NCBI GenBank assembly: GCA_965219385.1
Contig: CBDCNM010000002.1
Location: forward strand, 4,102,305 to 4,166,304
DNA length: 64,000 bases
From: Candidatus Latescibacterota bacterium
GTDB lineage: Bacteria; Latescibacterota; UBA2968; UBA8231
Direction: 5' to 3'
Part shown: piece after piece, positions 28,080-39,200 of the stretch
Layout: each line of letters begins with the position of its first letter
Position numbering within the stretch: the stretch's first letter is position 1
The notes under the pieces: generated by a model
Told to the model about the DNA's origin: nothing
The model's database searches: none
The model's input: the letters and a program-made list of their open reading frames with translations, nothing else
Translations under genes and position numbers: made by a program

Positions 28080-29003
28080 TTACGGAAATTTTTCATCAGC
28101 TTCAGCCAGAAACACAATAGCTGATGCCGTCATGTGCAACATGTACGCAACAAGGTGATCTGGCACGGATACCGGAGTTGTACCTTGACCATGACCGCTC
28201 AACTTGTTGCGTCCAGTAGGTACGCTACTCTCCAAAAGACTTCTCAGGGACGAATAATGCGATTGCCAAAACGATGGAATCAGCCCGTTATCAAAACAAG
28301 CCTGGATCAAGGGCTTTGATGTTGCATTGTTACTATAACCCCAGCCTCTCTTATCGCAAATCGCTTTCATTACGCTCTCGAACGCTTTTAGACACTCGCT
28401 GAGAGCTTCTTTGGCGTTTCCCTTTCGGTAGTGGTCGTGCGCTTTCAAGAACTCCTGTTGTGCTCCAGCATAGTGCTGTTGGCCGAGCAGCTTGAGCGCA
28501 GGCTTAACAACTTCAGCGTGAATGAACTCGGAGTCGATGCGGACAATCTGCCCGTTTGTGAATTGATAGCCAACGCCATGCTCCTTGAATCTGTTATTCA
28601 ATTCTTCTATTGCGTCATCGGCTCTTTCTGAAGCGTCATATCGTTCTAGGTAATTGTAAGATCTTGTCCTGCTGTCTATAACCTGAAACGACAACTCTAC
28701 TACATCAAGAGCCTTTTCGACATTTTCTTCATTAAGGAAGAAATTTACAAGTTCCATAACAGCATTTTCATTTTCACGATGTAGCTGAAAAACACCATAT
28801 TCACGATGTAGGGTATTAACTATGGATATATAAGCATTTCTTGCTTGGTCTCTGAGGTATGGATCCTGACCGGCAATAGTATCAGACCAAATTTGAACAA
28901 TCTGTACTCTGAGAGGATTGGGCAAGTCGTCATAAACATAGACGTCAGGCATCTCCCCTCGAAGTTTCTTTTGGCGTTTCGAGTATATGTCAAATATCGG
29001 CAA
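28080..29003 (-). CDS. AbiJ-like / STM4504-CBY_0614-like abortive-infection family protein
   Basis: TTG start with AGGAGG. IFDIYSKRQK, LRVQIVQI, KAFESVMK and HEPN-like RNKLSGHGQG. AT-rich. Confidence 0.7.
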   Translation of the reverse strand: MPIFDIYSKRQKKLRGEMPDVYVYDDLPNPLRVQIVQIWSDTIAGQDPYLRDQARNAYISIVNTLHREYGVFQLHRENENAVMELVNFFLNEENVEKALDVVELSFQVIDSRTRSYNYLERYDASERADDAIEELNNRFKEHGVGYQFTNGQIVRIDSEFIHAEVVKPALKLLGQQHYAGAQQEFLKAHDHYRKGNAKEALSECLKAFESVMKAICDKRGWGYSNNATSKPLIQACFDNGLIPSFWQSHYSSLRSLLESSVPTGRNKLSGHGQGTTPVSVPDHLVAYMLHMTASAIVFLAEADEKFP

Positions 29004-29060
29004 GATTGATTCCTCCTAAATACTATAACGTTAAGGCGGGTACTACGCCAAGTTCCGCAT

Positions 29061-29723
29061 TCACTTCTTCGCAACCAAAGGCGCAAAGTCTTCAGCTCGG
29101 ACCGGCACAACGCCAAGTTTTACGAGATGCGCGTTATCCGGGGAGTCTATGGCAAACATTGGTTTTCCGTCGATGAGCGCTTCCTTGCACAATGCCTCGG
29201 TCTTGCCGCCCTTTTCGGCATGGGCAATAAGGATGCGGTCGGCGAGCGCGGCGATATGGGCATTGCGCTTGACCGCAAGATCGGCTGTGGGGCGGAGAAT
29301 GCTGTCGTCAAAAAAGGACAGAATCAGCAAGCGCCCTTCGGCCAGCGGTTCCTTCCAGCCTTTCGGAATCCGCATCCGGCCAAGCCCCCGAGCCGGAGAG
29401 ACCACGACGGACGCTGAACCTCGCAACAGCAAGTCCAAGCACTCCTTCTCCATCGGCGACTGAAAACCGCCGACAATCGTCACGTTGGTTTCGCGCAGCA
29501 TCCGCGCAAGATCGTAGGTCTTGAGGATCACGTCGCCCGGGCAATGCACCGAGCAAAAGAAGCCAATCCGGGTGCTGTCGAGTACGCTGAGGCGGCCTTG
29601 GGAAGTAACTACGGGTAACTGCCCATCAGCGAAACGGTGCTGCAAGGCCGCTGGGTAGTCGGGCGCGTCGGACAGGAAGCGACGAAGAATAAAATCGGCA
29701 GCCTTCCCACCTTCATGTATCAT
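29061..29723 (-). CDS. DprA/Smf-like (SLOG) protein
   Basis: IVGGFQSPMEKECL, AVKRNAHIAALAD and HAEKGGKT motifs. Confidence 0.75.
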   Translation of the reverse strand: MIHEGGKAADFILRRFLSDAPDYPAALQHRFADGQLPVVTSQGRLSVLDSTRIGFFCSVHCPGDVILKTYDLARMLRETNVTIVGGFQSPMEKECLDLLLRGSASVVVSPARGLGRMRIPKGWKEPLAEGRLLILSFFDDSILRPTADLAVKRNAHIAALADRILIAHAEKGGKTEALCKEALIDGKPMFAIDSPDNAHLVKLGVVPVRAEDFAPLVAKK

Positions 29724-29753
29724 TCTCAGGACCCTCCTTCCCCATACGGTATC

Positions 29754-30284
29754 TCATTCATCCTTCCCCATTGGTAGGACACCTAGATCTACCAGACACT
29801 GGATAAGGTCGTTGTTCAGTTTACCTACTTCAGCGCAGAGCTTCCTGATGGAACTATGGCTGACGTCCTGGACAGCATCGAACTCACCTGAACGTTTTAA
29901 GTTAATCATATTAACTGGCCCTTCCTCGATTGGGAACATCCATGAGCCATGAGTGAACTTATTGCGGCGAGATACGGCTGACTCCATGGACCTTCGCCAA
30001 TTCCTAATTCTCGACGCAAACTCATCAGGTAAGAGCTGTTCTGCCATCATCTGAACGAGCTTCATTTTCCGCTGCATGTCGAGTTGCGAGACGATGATCT
30101 GTCCCAGAATGTCCGCGGTCTTCACCTCTTTTGTGACAGTCCTAAATAGGCATGAGACCGCCATGTTGGTGAGGAGCTCAGTATTTGCGAACAGCAAGGT
30201 CATCTCACCAAGTGCCTTTATGAGTTCAGATTGCCTAGCTCCGGCATTCCTCAGCTTTGTTTCAAATCTCTCTGAGTCACTCAT
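29754..30284 (-). CDS. Hypothetical protein, possibly HEPN-like
   Basis: 176 aa with RRNKFTHG (RxxxxH). Confidence 0.55.
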   Translation of the reverse strand: MSDSERFETKLRNAGARQSELIKALGEMTLLFANTELLTNMAVSCLFRTVTKEVKTADILGQIIVSQLDMQRKMKLVQMMAEQLLPDEFASRIRNWRRSMESAVSRRNKFTHGSWMFPIEEGPVNMINLKRSGEFDAVQDVSHSSIRKLCAEVGKLNNDLIQCLVDLGVLPMGKDE

Positions 30285-30381
30285 GCACTACTCCTTTTCC
30301 ATCGGCGACTGGAAACCGCCGACAATCGTCACGGCGGATTGCACTTTTGGCAGATCGCGGCAGGAACGAGTGATTTGGCGG

Positions 30382-30582
30382 TTAAGCCGTCTCGAATTCC
30401 AAGGTGGAGAGATTCAGATTGGACGAGCGTTTCGAGAGATAGAGCAATTCCACGCTCACCACTTCGTTTGATTCGTTGTAATCGAGTACCACTCCCGGCG
30501 AGACCTCTTCGGACTCGACGATGGCAGAATCATCGAGGCGCAGGTAGAGCGCGTCGGCTTTCTTATTGACATGCAGTTTCAT
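30382..30582 (-). CDS. DUF2283-family protein (orphan antitoxin-like)
   Basis: ADALYLRL...ESEEVSPGVVLDY...VELL. Confidence 0.75.
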   Translation of the reverse strand: MKLHVNKKADALYLRLDDSAIVESEEVSPGVVLDYNESNEVVSVELLYLSKRSSNLNLSTLEFETA

Positions 30583-30601
30583 AGTTTCCCTTTGTTCCTC
30601 T

Positions 30602-33600
30602 TCATCTCTCAGACTCCCGTCCCATGCGATACTTGATGTCGTAGTTGATGATAAAGTCCAATTCCTCGTCAGTGAAGCCATAGTGCCATGCGAGCACTCG
30701 GTCGATTTCGTCAATGATGAGCTTGCTATATTTAGGAAAAACGCATTGTACCTTGAGTGTATCGTGCGAGAACTTCATTTGCCGTTCCTCTGAGTTTCGG
30801 TCCAAATCTTCCATTAGCTCCTCTGCGAGCCTAACAAGGTGTTCCGATCGCTCGTGTTTTGCAAGTCGATCCACATCTATCGGAAAGGCATCGATTTCTC
30901 GCTTGTTCACATTACGACAGTCCGAGCACACCGTAAAGAACCAATAGAATAGATTTGAGTTGAGGCAACATAGTGCCAACTTGGCGTGTGCCTCTGATCC
31001 GAAACGTAGTACTTTTAATTCTGATGGTGAACGTCGGTTACCGGCTCCGTTTAGGATTAGAGGTTCAAAGTCAAGAAATTGTAAAAAGTATCCGACTTTG
31101 CGGGTATAATAGATATGATTGCGCGTGTTCTTGACATAGAAACTCGCTAACGTCTTTCTCTCATTTTTAAGCTTCTGCGATATTTCATATTCAAGTTCTG
31201 AGCATAACTTTGGCAAGGTATGAGCTAGCAGCCCCTTATAGCTCTTCTCATAGCATAGGCTGTGAAAGATGCTCGGTCGTTCTATCGAAGTCCACTTATT
31301 GTACCGTGTCGAGTACATCGTTGCTGACGGGTCGCTGGGTGCTATGAGGTGGATTGTCAGCCTGATGTGTTGAAGTCCATCAAATAGTCTTGAAGGTCGA
31401 TCATCAAACGAACTGTAGTGCAACAAGTGTTGTGACAGTTTATTCTGCAAGCTGATGTAGCGGTCGGTTGAAACCGAGGAGACTGGAACGATAAAACCTT
31501 GTCGCCCGAGCCGATGACATAATGTTAATGATCGCTCCAAAATGACCGCATAGAGATTACCTGCTCCTATGCATTCATAATCTTTGAGTCTGTATTGATC
31601 TACTACTTTTAACTCAATGTACGGCGGATTTCCTATGATCACATCAAATCCGCCACCGCTCATAATCTCGTAAAACTCGACGAACCAATGGAATGGCTGG
31701 TGACTATTCCGCCATTGTTCATAAGCCGTCTCGTCGTCAACTTTCACTCCATAGTCCCAGGCCAAGTAGCTGTTCAATTCCGTCTGAAGGTCATCCAGAC
31801 GTTTTCGCAAGTCAGTTTTAGCTCTGGTGAATTCACCCGCGTCCATACCTTGCTCGGTTTGCATTTCGCGGAACTTGCTAAAAGCGCGAGCGGCTATCTC
31901 GGCGCGTTCCTCAATGGCGGGAAGGGACAACTGCTTGATAAAGTCGCCCTCCACAGCCCGTTTCACTTCATCCAGCGAAGCGAAGCCGACGAGCGTGTTG
32001 CCGGCGCGGACGTTGAAGTCGACGTCGGGTAGCGGCTCGATCTGCTCGTAGCTCTCCAACTGTGCAACGAGCTTCAAGAAGAGCCGCAGTTTGCAGATCT
32101 CCACGGCCTCTTCCATAATGTCCACACCGTAGAGGTTATCGACGATGATAGATTTGAGAATGAAGTAGCGTTCGCTGGCGTGGCTGGCGACGTGTTCCAG
32201 CACCTTGCGGAAGTCACTCAGTTTCTCCGGGCGGTGCTTGCGTTCTGAACGACCCAAGTCGTCGAGGAATCCCTGCATGGCCTCCAGGCAGGCAGTATAT
32301 ATCGGCTCCAGGATGTTGAGCGCGGCAAATAGGAACGCGCCAGAGCCGCAGGTCGGATCGAGGATGGAGACCTGGCTAATCGCCCTCCAGAAGGCGCGAA
32401 TGAGTTCAGGCCCCTCGCTTCCCGCGATTACATCCTGGGCGAATTTCTCGATGTCCAGGTTGTAGGTGATGAGGTCGTTGATTGACGTGACTTCGCCGGC
32501 GGTGAGCTTGCTGCGGATTTCCTCGTAGTGCCGGCGCCGGGCGATGTGCTCACGCCAGGTTTCGGTGGGCAGGGCATAGTCGGGAGGGGCTGCGTTGTTC
32601 CAATCTCTCCGTTTGGATACGTCTTTCAGGCCAGCGGCTATCTCGGGCGGCAGCTCCCGCCTTCCCGCAAATGCTTCTTTTTTATGGATGTCGTAGGTGA
32701 TGCCGTGGCGGACCGCCTCGTAAAAATAGCGGTCAGGATCCTCCGACAGGAGTCGCCACACGCCCCCGTCGGGCTTGAAGGCAATGGAGCATTCCTTTTT
32801 CGCCCGGTCGAACAGGAAGGGAATGACGGTGTTGCGGCTGATGTAGCCGGTAATGTCCTCCTTGGTGTAGTAGGCTCCCATCTGCTTCTGGTTGATGTAT
32901 TTCTCGAAGATGTAGCCCAAGACATCGGGGTTGATCTCGTTATCCTTGCGAAGCGGCCGGTCGTCGAGATGCCACTGGTAGGTGTCGAAGAAATCGAATA
33001 TCTGCTGAAATGCCTCGTCCGGGATATGGATGTCTTCGTTATCGCGTTCCAGATCGTGGACGTCGAACAAGCCGCCGTTGAGATACGGAACCTCGCCGAG
33101 CAACGCCGCCAATTCAGGATCGCGGTCGGCCTCTGGCTGCCCCAGCCCCTCGTGAAACAGCCGCAGAAGAAACAGTCGGTAGAAGCCGAGGAAGTTTCCG
33201 TTACCCTGCTGCTCCTGCACTTTTCGCAGGCGATTGCGCAGATAGTTCATATCGCCGTCGAGGAAGCTCCGCTTCTGAATGAAGTAAATGAACATCATCC
33301 GGTTGAGCATCAGCGAGGCGTACCATTCGCGGTCGGCTACGTTCTCGATTCCTTCGATGAATCGAAGAAAAATGTCGTGCTCTTTTTTGAAGCGGTCGTA
33401 GAACCGCTTGGTCACCTGCTCGACATTGAAGGCCGCACGTACCCGCCCCGATACATCGACGATGGTCAGGTCGGCTTCCTCGTCCAGGGTGAAGACGATT
33501 TGCTCCAACTTCTGAATCAGCGCTTCTCCAGCCTGCCCCCTTTGGTAAATATGCGAGCGCGAGCGGTCGGGCTGGCCGGGTTCACGCTTCACCCATTGCC

Positions 33601-33907
33601 AATGGTGCGTGCCCCTGTCGGATGAGGCGTACACGATGATGTGTTCGCGGACGGTCTTGGCGACGGCTTTCTCGATCTTCTGTCGGGTGGGATGGTCGGG
33701 GAAGGCGTCGTCTTCGTCGGCTACGTACTGGTAAACAACCATGCCGCGCTTGTGGGCAATGGCCTGGAGGGCGTAGGTATGGTCCTTGACCATGACTTCC
33801 GTGTCCTCTCCGCCGTGGTCCCAGCCAAGCTCCTCAATGAACAAGGATCGGAGGTCGCAGTTCTCTAGATATTCTCTGATTCTCGTGCGGTCGAGGTGTG
33901 TCGGCAT
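30602..33907 (-). CDS. Large N6-adenine DNA methyltransferase with TRD (Eco57I/type IIG-like)
   Basis: YLNGGLF, GAYYT, LDPTCGSGAF and IIGNPPY motifs. AT-rich TRD segment. Confidence 0.9.
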   Translation of the reverse strand: MPTHLDRTRIREYLENCDLRSLFIEELGWDHGGEDTEVMVKDHTYALQAIAHKRGMVVYQYVADEDDAFPDHPTRQKIEKAVAKTVREHIIVYASSDRGTHHWQWVKREPGQPDRSRSHIYQRGQAGEALIQKLEQIVFTLDEEADLTIVDVSGRVRAAFNVEQVTKRFYDRFKKEHDIFLRFIEGIENVADREWYASLMLNRMMFIYFIQKRSFLDGDMNYLRNRLRKVQEQQGNGNFLGFYRLFLLRLFHEGLGQPEADRDPELAALLGEVPYLNGGLFDVHDLERDNEDIHIPDEAFQQIFDFFDTYQWHLDDRPLRKDNEINPDVLGYIFEKYINQKQMGAYYTKEDITGYISRNTVIPFLFDRAKKECSIAFKPDGGVWRLLSEDPDRYFYEAVRHGITYDIHKKEAFAGRRELPPEIAAGLKDVSKRRDWNNAAPPDYALPTETWREHIARRRHYEEIRSKLTAGEVTSINDLITYNLDIEKFAQDVIAGSEGPELIRAFWRAISQVSILDPTCGSGAFLFAALNILEPIYTACLEAMQGFLDDLGRSERKHRPEKLSDFRKVLEHVASHASERYFILKSIIVDNLYGVDIMEEAVEICKLRLFLKLVAQLESYEQIEPLPDVDFNVRAGNTLVGFASLDEVKRAVEGDFIKQLSLPAIEERAEIAARAFSKFREMQTEQGMDAGEFTRAKTDLRKRLDDLQTELNSYLAWDYGVKVDDETAYEQWRNSHQPFHWFVEFYEIMSGGGFDVIIGNPPYIELKVVDQYRLKDYECIGAGNLYAVILERSLTLCHRLGRQGFIVPVSSVSTDRYISLQNKLSQHLLHYSSFDDRPSRLFDGLQHIRLTIHLIAPSDPSATMYSTRYNKWTSIERPSIFHSLCYEKSYKGLLAHTLPKLCSELEYEISQKLKNERKTLASFYVKNTRNHIYYTRKVGYFLQFLDFEPLILNGAGNRRSPSELKVLRFGSEAHAKLALCCLNSNLFYWFFTVCSDCRNVNKREIDAFPIDVDRLAKHERSEHLVRLAEELMEDLDRNSEERQMKFSHDTLKVQCVFPKYSKLIIDEIDRVLAWHYGFTDEELDFIINYDIKYRMGRESER

Positions 33908-34067
33908 TGGAATGTCCCGGATTAGCTGTTCGTTTTTAGCACCTTAGAGTCGGGTAATGTATCGCACCCACAATAATTTTCTGTATAAAATTTAGTTGAC
34001 AGTGCCCAAATTAACCATACCAATCATGAATAACGCACTTGACAAAATTCTCTAAAAATGCGAATTT

Positions 34068-34895
34068 ATGAACATGAAGTATACTTCTTCCTCAGATAAT
34101 TCACTGCCCATCGGCCGGCGGAAGCTCGCAGCCGTAATACGGGCCGCCAACGATATCATCGCAATTGACGATGTCGCGGCGATACTTGCCATCGGCAGAC
34201 TCGAAGCCTCCAAGCTGTTGTCCCGATGGGCAGGCCAAGGCTGGTTGCGTCGTGTCGGTCGAGGGGCATATATCCCCGTACCTCTGGATTCGCTCGACAG
34301 CCAACATGTGCTCGAAGATCCTTGGGTGCTTGTTCCTGCCCTTTTCACTCCGGCCTATATCGGGGGCTGGACGGCTGCTGAGCACTGGGACCTTACTGAG
34401 CAGTTGTTCCGCGACATCATCATCATGACGGCGCAGACAGTACGCGAAAAGCGTCAGGTCCGTCACGGAGCGCACTTTACGCTGTACCACGTTCAAGAGC
34501 GCAAAATCTTCGGCACGAGGCCCGTTTGGCGCGGTCGTTCCAAAGTTTTACTGTCGGATGTTCACCGGACCGTGATCGACATGCTGGACAATCCCGCCCT
34601 CGGAGGAGGGATTCAACACGTGTCCGATTGCCTCAGTGCCTACCTGAAACGCTCCGATCGCAGCGATGATACGCTCACTACCTATGCCGAGAAGCTTGGC
34701 AATGGAGCAGTATTCAAGCGCCTCGGCTTTTTGGCCGACCAACATTCCGACACTTCCCATATCACCGATGTCTGCCGGGCGCGTCTGACAGCAGGCAACG
34801 CTAGGCTCGATACCACCCTCAGATGCTCCCGCCTGATTTCCAAATGGCACCTCTGGGTCCCACCAACCTGGGCGGGAGGAATCCTCCATGATTGA
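34068..34895 (+). CDS. Type IV TA antitoxin AbiEi-like
   Basis: N-terminal wHTH (LRRVGRGAY), YIGGWTAAEHWDLTEQ and KRLGFL. Confidence 0.8.
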   Translation: MNMKYTSSSDNSLPIGRRKLAAVIRAANDIIAIDDVAAILAIGRLEASKLLSRWAGQGWLRRVGRGAYIPVPLDSLDSQHVLEDPWVLVPALFTPAYIGGWTAAEHWDLTEQLFRDIIIMTAQTVREKRQVRHGAHFTLYHVQERKIFGTRPVWRGRSKVLLSDVHRTVIDMLDNPALGGGIQHVSDCLSAYLKRSDRSDDTLTTYAEKLGNGAVFKRLGFLADQHSDTSHITDVCRARLTAGNARLDTTLRCSRLISKWHLWVPPTWAGGILHD

Positions 34896-36282
34896 TAAAC
34901 GCGAGATTATCGATGCCGCAACAGCGCTTAGTCTCAATCCTCATATAACTGAGAAGGACTACGTCCTCGGTTGGATCCTCTGGGGCATCTACGGTCACGA
35001 CAAGTTAGCCGAGAGCTGGATATTCAAAGGCGGCACCTGTCTGAAGAAGTGCTTCTTTGAAACCTACCGATTTTCGGAAGACCTGGATTTTACGCTCACC
35101 GATTCTTCGCATATAAATACCGCGTTTCTGGAAACAGTATTTGCCGAGATCGGTGGACGCATATACGAGGAAACGGGTATAGAGTTACCGATAGACTTTC
35201 AGCAATTCAAAATCTACGCCAATCCGCGTGGTCGGAAATCCTGCCAAGGCCGAATCGGCTATAAGGGGCCTATATCGCCACGCGGCAAGAGTACGCCACG
35301 TATCAAACTTGACCTGACTGCAGATGAATGCGTCGTCTTGCCTCCGGTTCAGGTGCCTGTCTTTCATCCATACAGTGATGTTCCAGATGGCGGGATCGTC
35401 GTACAGTCCTATGCTTACGTGGAGGCCTTCGCCGAGAAAACCCGCGCCTTTGCCGAACGAACGCGTCCCCGCGACCTGTACGATGTGATCAACCTGTTCC
35501 GGAATGCTGATGCACGCCCCACCGCTTCTGTCCTTCTCAATGTGCTTCGCCAAAAATGCGACTTCAAGGGCATCGCCCTCCCCGATCTTAAAGCACTTGA
35601 GCAGCACAAGTCCGATTTGGAAGGTGCCTGGGGCGCGATGCTCAAACACCAACTTCCCGCTCTTCCTCCTGTCCAGGGATTTTGGAAGCAGTTGCTGGAA
35701 TTCTTTGAGTGGCTGTATGGCAGGGCAACACCGACAATTCCTGCCCCCTATACGAGAGCTGTCGGCGAAGAACTTATCCGGGAACGTGTTTTACGCCTTC
35801 CGGTCTCAGAGGCCGTCCGATCCTATCTGGAAATCATCCGATTCGCCGCTTCCAACCGGCTTTGCGTTGAACTTGACTACCAGAGTTCAACGAGAATGAT
35901 AGAACCATATTCGCTACGCCGCTCCAGAGCGGACCATATTATTCTTCATGCGCATAATGTGGATAAAAATGAGCACAGAAGCTATCGCGTAGATCGCATT
36001 CAGGGGGTCCGAGTGACTGACAGGACCTTTATCCCACGTTTCGAGATTGAATTAACACCAACTGACCCGGTTGTCATAAAGCCAACAGCCACACGTGTGA
36101 CCTCAGGCCCCACACGCCGCACCAGATCGTCTCCGAGCGGCCCAACCTACGTTTATGAGTGTTCGCTCTGCGGAAAGCACTTTAAGCGGAGAAAGCAGAC
36201 GACAGCCCTCAACCCACACAATGACAAGAGTGGCTATCCCTGTCAGGGCAGATATGCCCAATGGATAGATACAGAGTACTGA
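34888..36282 (+). CDS. AbiEii nucleotidyltransferase toxin fused to WYL and Zn-finger-like domains
   Basis: EKDY, FKGGTCL, RFSEDLDF and RPRDLYD, then RMIEPYSL...RSYRVDRI (WYL) and CSLC...H...C. Confidence 0.85.
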   Translation: MIDKREIIDAATALSLNPHITEKDYVLGWILWGIYGHDKLAESWIFKGGTCLKKCFFETYRFSEDLDFTLTDSSHINTAFLETVFAEIGGRIYEETGIELPIDFQQFKIYANPRGRKSCQGRIGYKGPISPRGKSTPRIKLDLTADECVVLPPVQVPVFHPYSDVPDGGIVVQSYAYVEAFAEKTRAFAERTRPRDLYDVINLFRNADARPTASVLLNVLRQKCDFKGIALPDLKALEQHKSDLEGAWGAMLKHQLPALPPVQGFWKQLLEFFEWLYGRATPTIPAPYTRAVGEELIRERVLRLPVSEAVRSYLEIIRFAASNRLCVELDYQSSTRMIEPYSLRRSRADHIILHAHNVDKNEHRSYRVDRIQGVRVTDRTFIPRFEIELTPTDPVVIKPTATRVTSGPTRRTRSSPSGPTYVYECSLCGKHFKRRKQTTALNPHNDKSGYPCQGRYAQWIDTEY

Positions 36283-36291
36283 GCAATTATT

Positions 36292-39200
36292 TCAGCTCCC
36301 ATCCTGTTTAATAAGGCCCAGCGAGCAGATAATGCTCGGTTCCTGGCGTTCGTCTTCTTCGTGGACGATGCAGAGCCGGTCTTCATTCCTGAGCGCGATG
36401 ACCAATTCGGCAAGTGCCTCATCGGAAACCCCGCTGCGCAACTGCCGGTTCAGCGCATCCAGCGCAGTCTGACGCAAGGGATAGCGATAGATGTCGTCAA
36501 TTGTCCGACGTAGGGACTCCGTATCGAATAGCGTGCCCTCGACCCGTTCGACATGGTTCTTGAGCCGCTCGTAGGTGCGGAACCGGGCTCCAGAGGGGCG
36601 ACCGAGTTGCCCGCCGACCTGTTGTTCTTTACGGGCAATATACTCTGCGGCTTTACTCACCAGACCGTGATGGGTCTCATGGCGCGGCAGAGCCGGTGTA
36701 TCGGGCGAGCATTCGGCAGTCCGCAGAATCTCGAATTGACTCTCGGTAATGCTCCTACCATCGCGGTCAAGCCAAGCCAATGCGTCGTGCCCCTGTGCGG
36801 TACGCATATAAACGAGAACCCCTTCCGGTCGCTCCGGTCGTTCATGGTAGGATTTCGAGGAATACACCACGGACGGCAAGTCCTCGATCTTCTTTTTGAG
36901 CGGCGGGTCGGCCTCCGTTGCGTTTTTCCAGATTTGGTAGGCGTAGGATGAGAAATCGACTTCCGTATCGTCGTCGCCATCGAGAATGCCGGCCTTCTCG
37001 TTATAGAGATCGAGCACAGTCTGTTCGTTCTCGCCCTCGAAAAACGCCTCATCCGTTCCCACCACCTCGGCGTTCTGGTCGAGGCGCCTCCGCACGCGCT
37101 CCCGCAGCCGGATCAGGCGTTCGATTCCATCAGCCGGGAGAAAGGAATAGCACAGGATGTCATGCGCCTGTTGGCCAATGCGGTCAACCCGGCCAGCCCG
37201 TTGAATCAGGCGGATAATCGCCCACGGCAGGTCGTAATTCACGACAATGGCGCAATCCTGCAAATTTTGTCCTTCGCTCAGCACATCGGTAGCGACCAGT
37301 ACGCGAAGCTCATCGCCGGGCATTACGCGATCTTCCTTTTCGTTACTCCTCGGGCTGAAGCGCCATGCCAGCGCTGTTGGGTCCGGCGTGTCCCCGGTCA
37401 CCGCGGCCATTTTCGACATACCGCGTGCTGTAAGCTGGCTCTCCAGGTAGAGCACCGTATCGGCGAATTGGGTAAAGACCAGAACTTTGCGGTCCGCATG
37501 TTCACCCCTCAGCAATTCTTCCAGTGCGCTCAGCTTGGCGTCTTTGGCCGCTTGCCACTCGCCGAATTGGACCAGGAGGTCAAGAAGCGTCGTGGCGTCG
37601 GCCTTGAGGGCGCTGCCGAGGTCTGCGACAAAGTGGTGTGGCGACAGCCAGCGAAACCGCCTCTTATAGCGCTCAGTATAGAGCGCATATATCTCGGCGG
37701 CTCGCTGGCGGAAATCGGCCTCGGTCCTCAGCGCGGTTGCTCCGCCGGACTCCTCCCTCTCGTCCTCATCTTCCGCATCGAAAAAGTCTCCGACGCTCTC
37801 ATCGGCATCTTTGTCGAAGGATTGCGTATCGAGAAGTCCGGCATCGGTCGTTCCGATGGGGAGCGGCAGGTCATTATCAATGGCGTGGAGAAAAATGAAA
37901 TTGCGGAGCACGTGCCGTTCGACCGACAGCAGGAAGGCATGGCCGCTGCTCTCCAGGCGTTTGAACAGGTTGGTCCGGCAAAAGCCCATCAGGCGCTTGC
38001 CGGCACGCGACAAGTCGTCCAGGACCTTTGTCTCGGTATCGGTGGGTGGCGTGGGCGGCGATGGTTCGACGTAATTGCCCAGACCGTAGCGCGGGAGTTC
38101 CAAGCCGTTTATGGCCTCAACGACGTTGTCTGCGAACAGCCGAGCGTATTGCTCGTCTATATCAAACCGAAGCGTCTTTGGGACTCGCGTTGGGAAATAG
38201 GAGCGCGTGCCGTCTTCAAAGGTCAGATATTTTCGCCCATTGGTCTCGTCTGTGGCAGCATAGTTGTCCTGGATGAAGCTGCGAGTCCGGCGCACGAGAT
38301 ACAGGCGCATTAGCTCCCGCCAGTCGTCGGCATGTTCAGATTTTTCAAATGCCGCTAAGGATCGAACCGGGGCTTGGTGCTGGCGCACGAACTCGGTCTC
38401 ACCCATCTTCCTAAGCAAGCGTTCCGGGCGAATGCGGAGATCTTCATCCTCGGCTACAAATAGGCGAAGCTGGCTGGATAAGTCCAGATAGGTCTTGTTG
38501 TACGGGGTCGCCGACAGCAGGATGCACTTGCTGTCGTTTTCCTTGATGTATTCCTGGATAGCGCGATATCGCTTGCCTTCGCGGTTTCTCAGATTGTGGC
38601 TCTCGTCGATCAGCACCAGCCGATAGCGGCGCATGTTGGGCAATTCGTTAATCGTGCGGCTGATCGACAGTACGCGAGCCCGCATACGGTACTGCCCGCG
38701 ATAATCCTCCCACATTGGAACGAGGTTCTTCGGGCAAATGATTAAGGTCTCAAGTCCGTGGTCGTCTTCAAACACGCGCGCCAGGGCAGTCGCCATAAGC
38801 GTCTTGCCCAGCCCGACGACATCGCCGATGATGACGCCGCCACGTTTGTTCAGGTGATGCGCCGCTACTTTCACCGCGGCTGTCTGGAAGTCGAGCAGCT
38901 TGTTGCCGAAGTCTGTGGGGATGCGAAACTCGTTCAGGCCAGCCCGTGCTTCCTGTGATAGGTGATAGGCCATCTTAACGTAGATATGGTACGGCGGGAT
39001 CGGTTCCTCTCGCGCCCAACTCTCATTAATAATTTCGACCAGCTCTTTCGAGATATCGACGCACCAACGGTCATTCCACCGCTCTTCAAACCATTTGGCG
39101 AGCTTCTCACAGGCGTCATGCTCCAGCACGTCAATATTGAGTTCGCCCTGACCAGATAGCCCCGCTTGGGTGAGATTGCTGCTGCCCAAATATCCGACGG

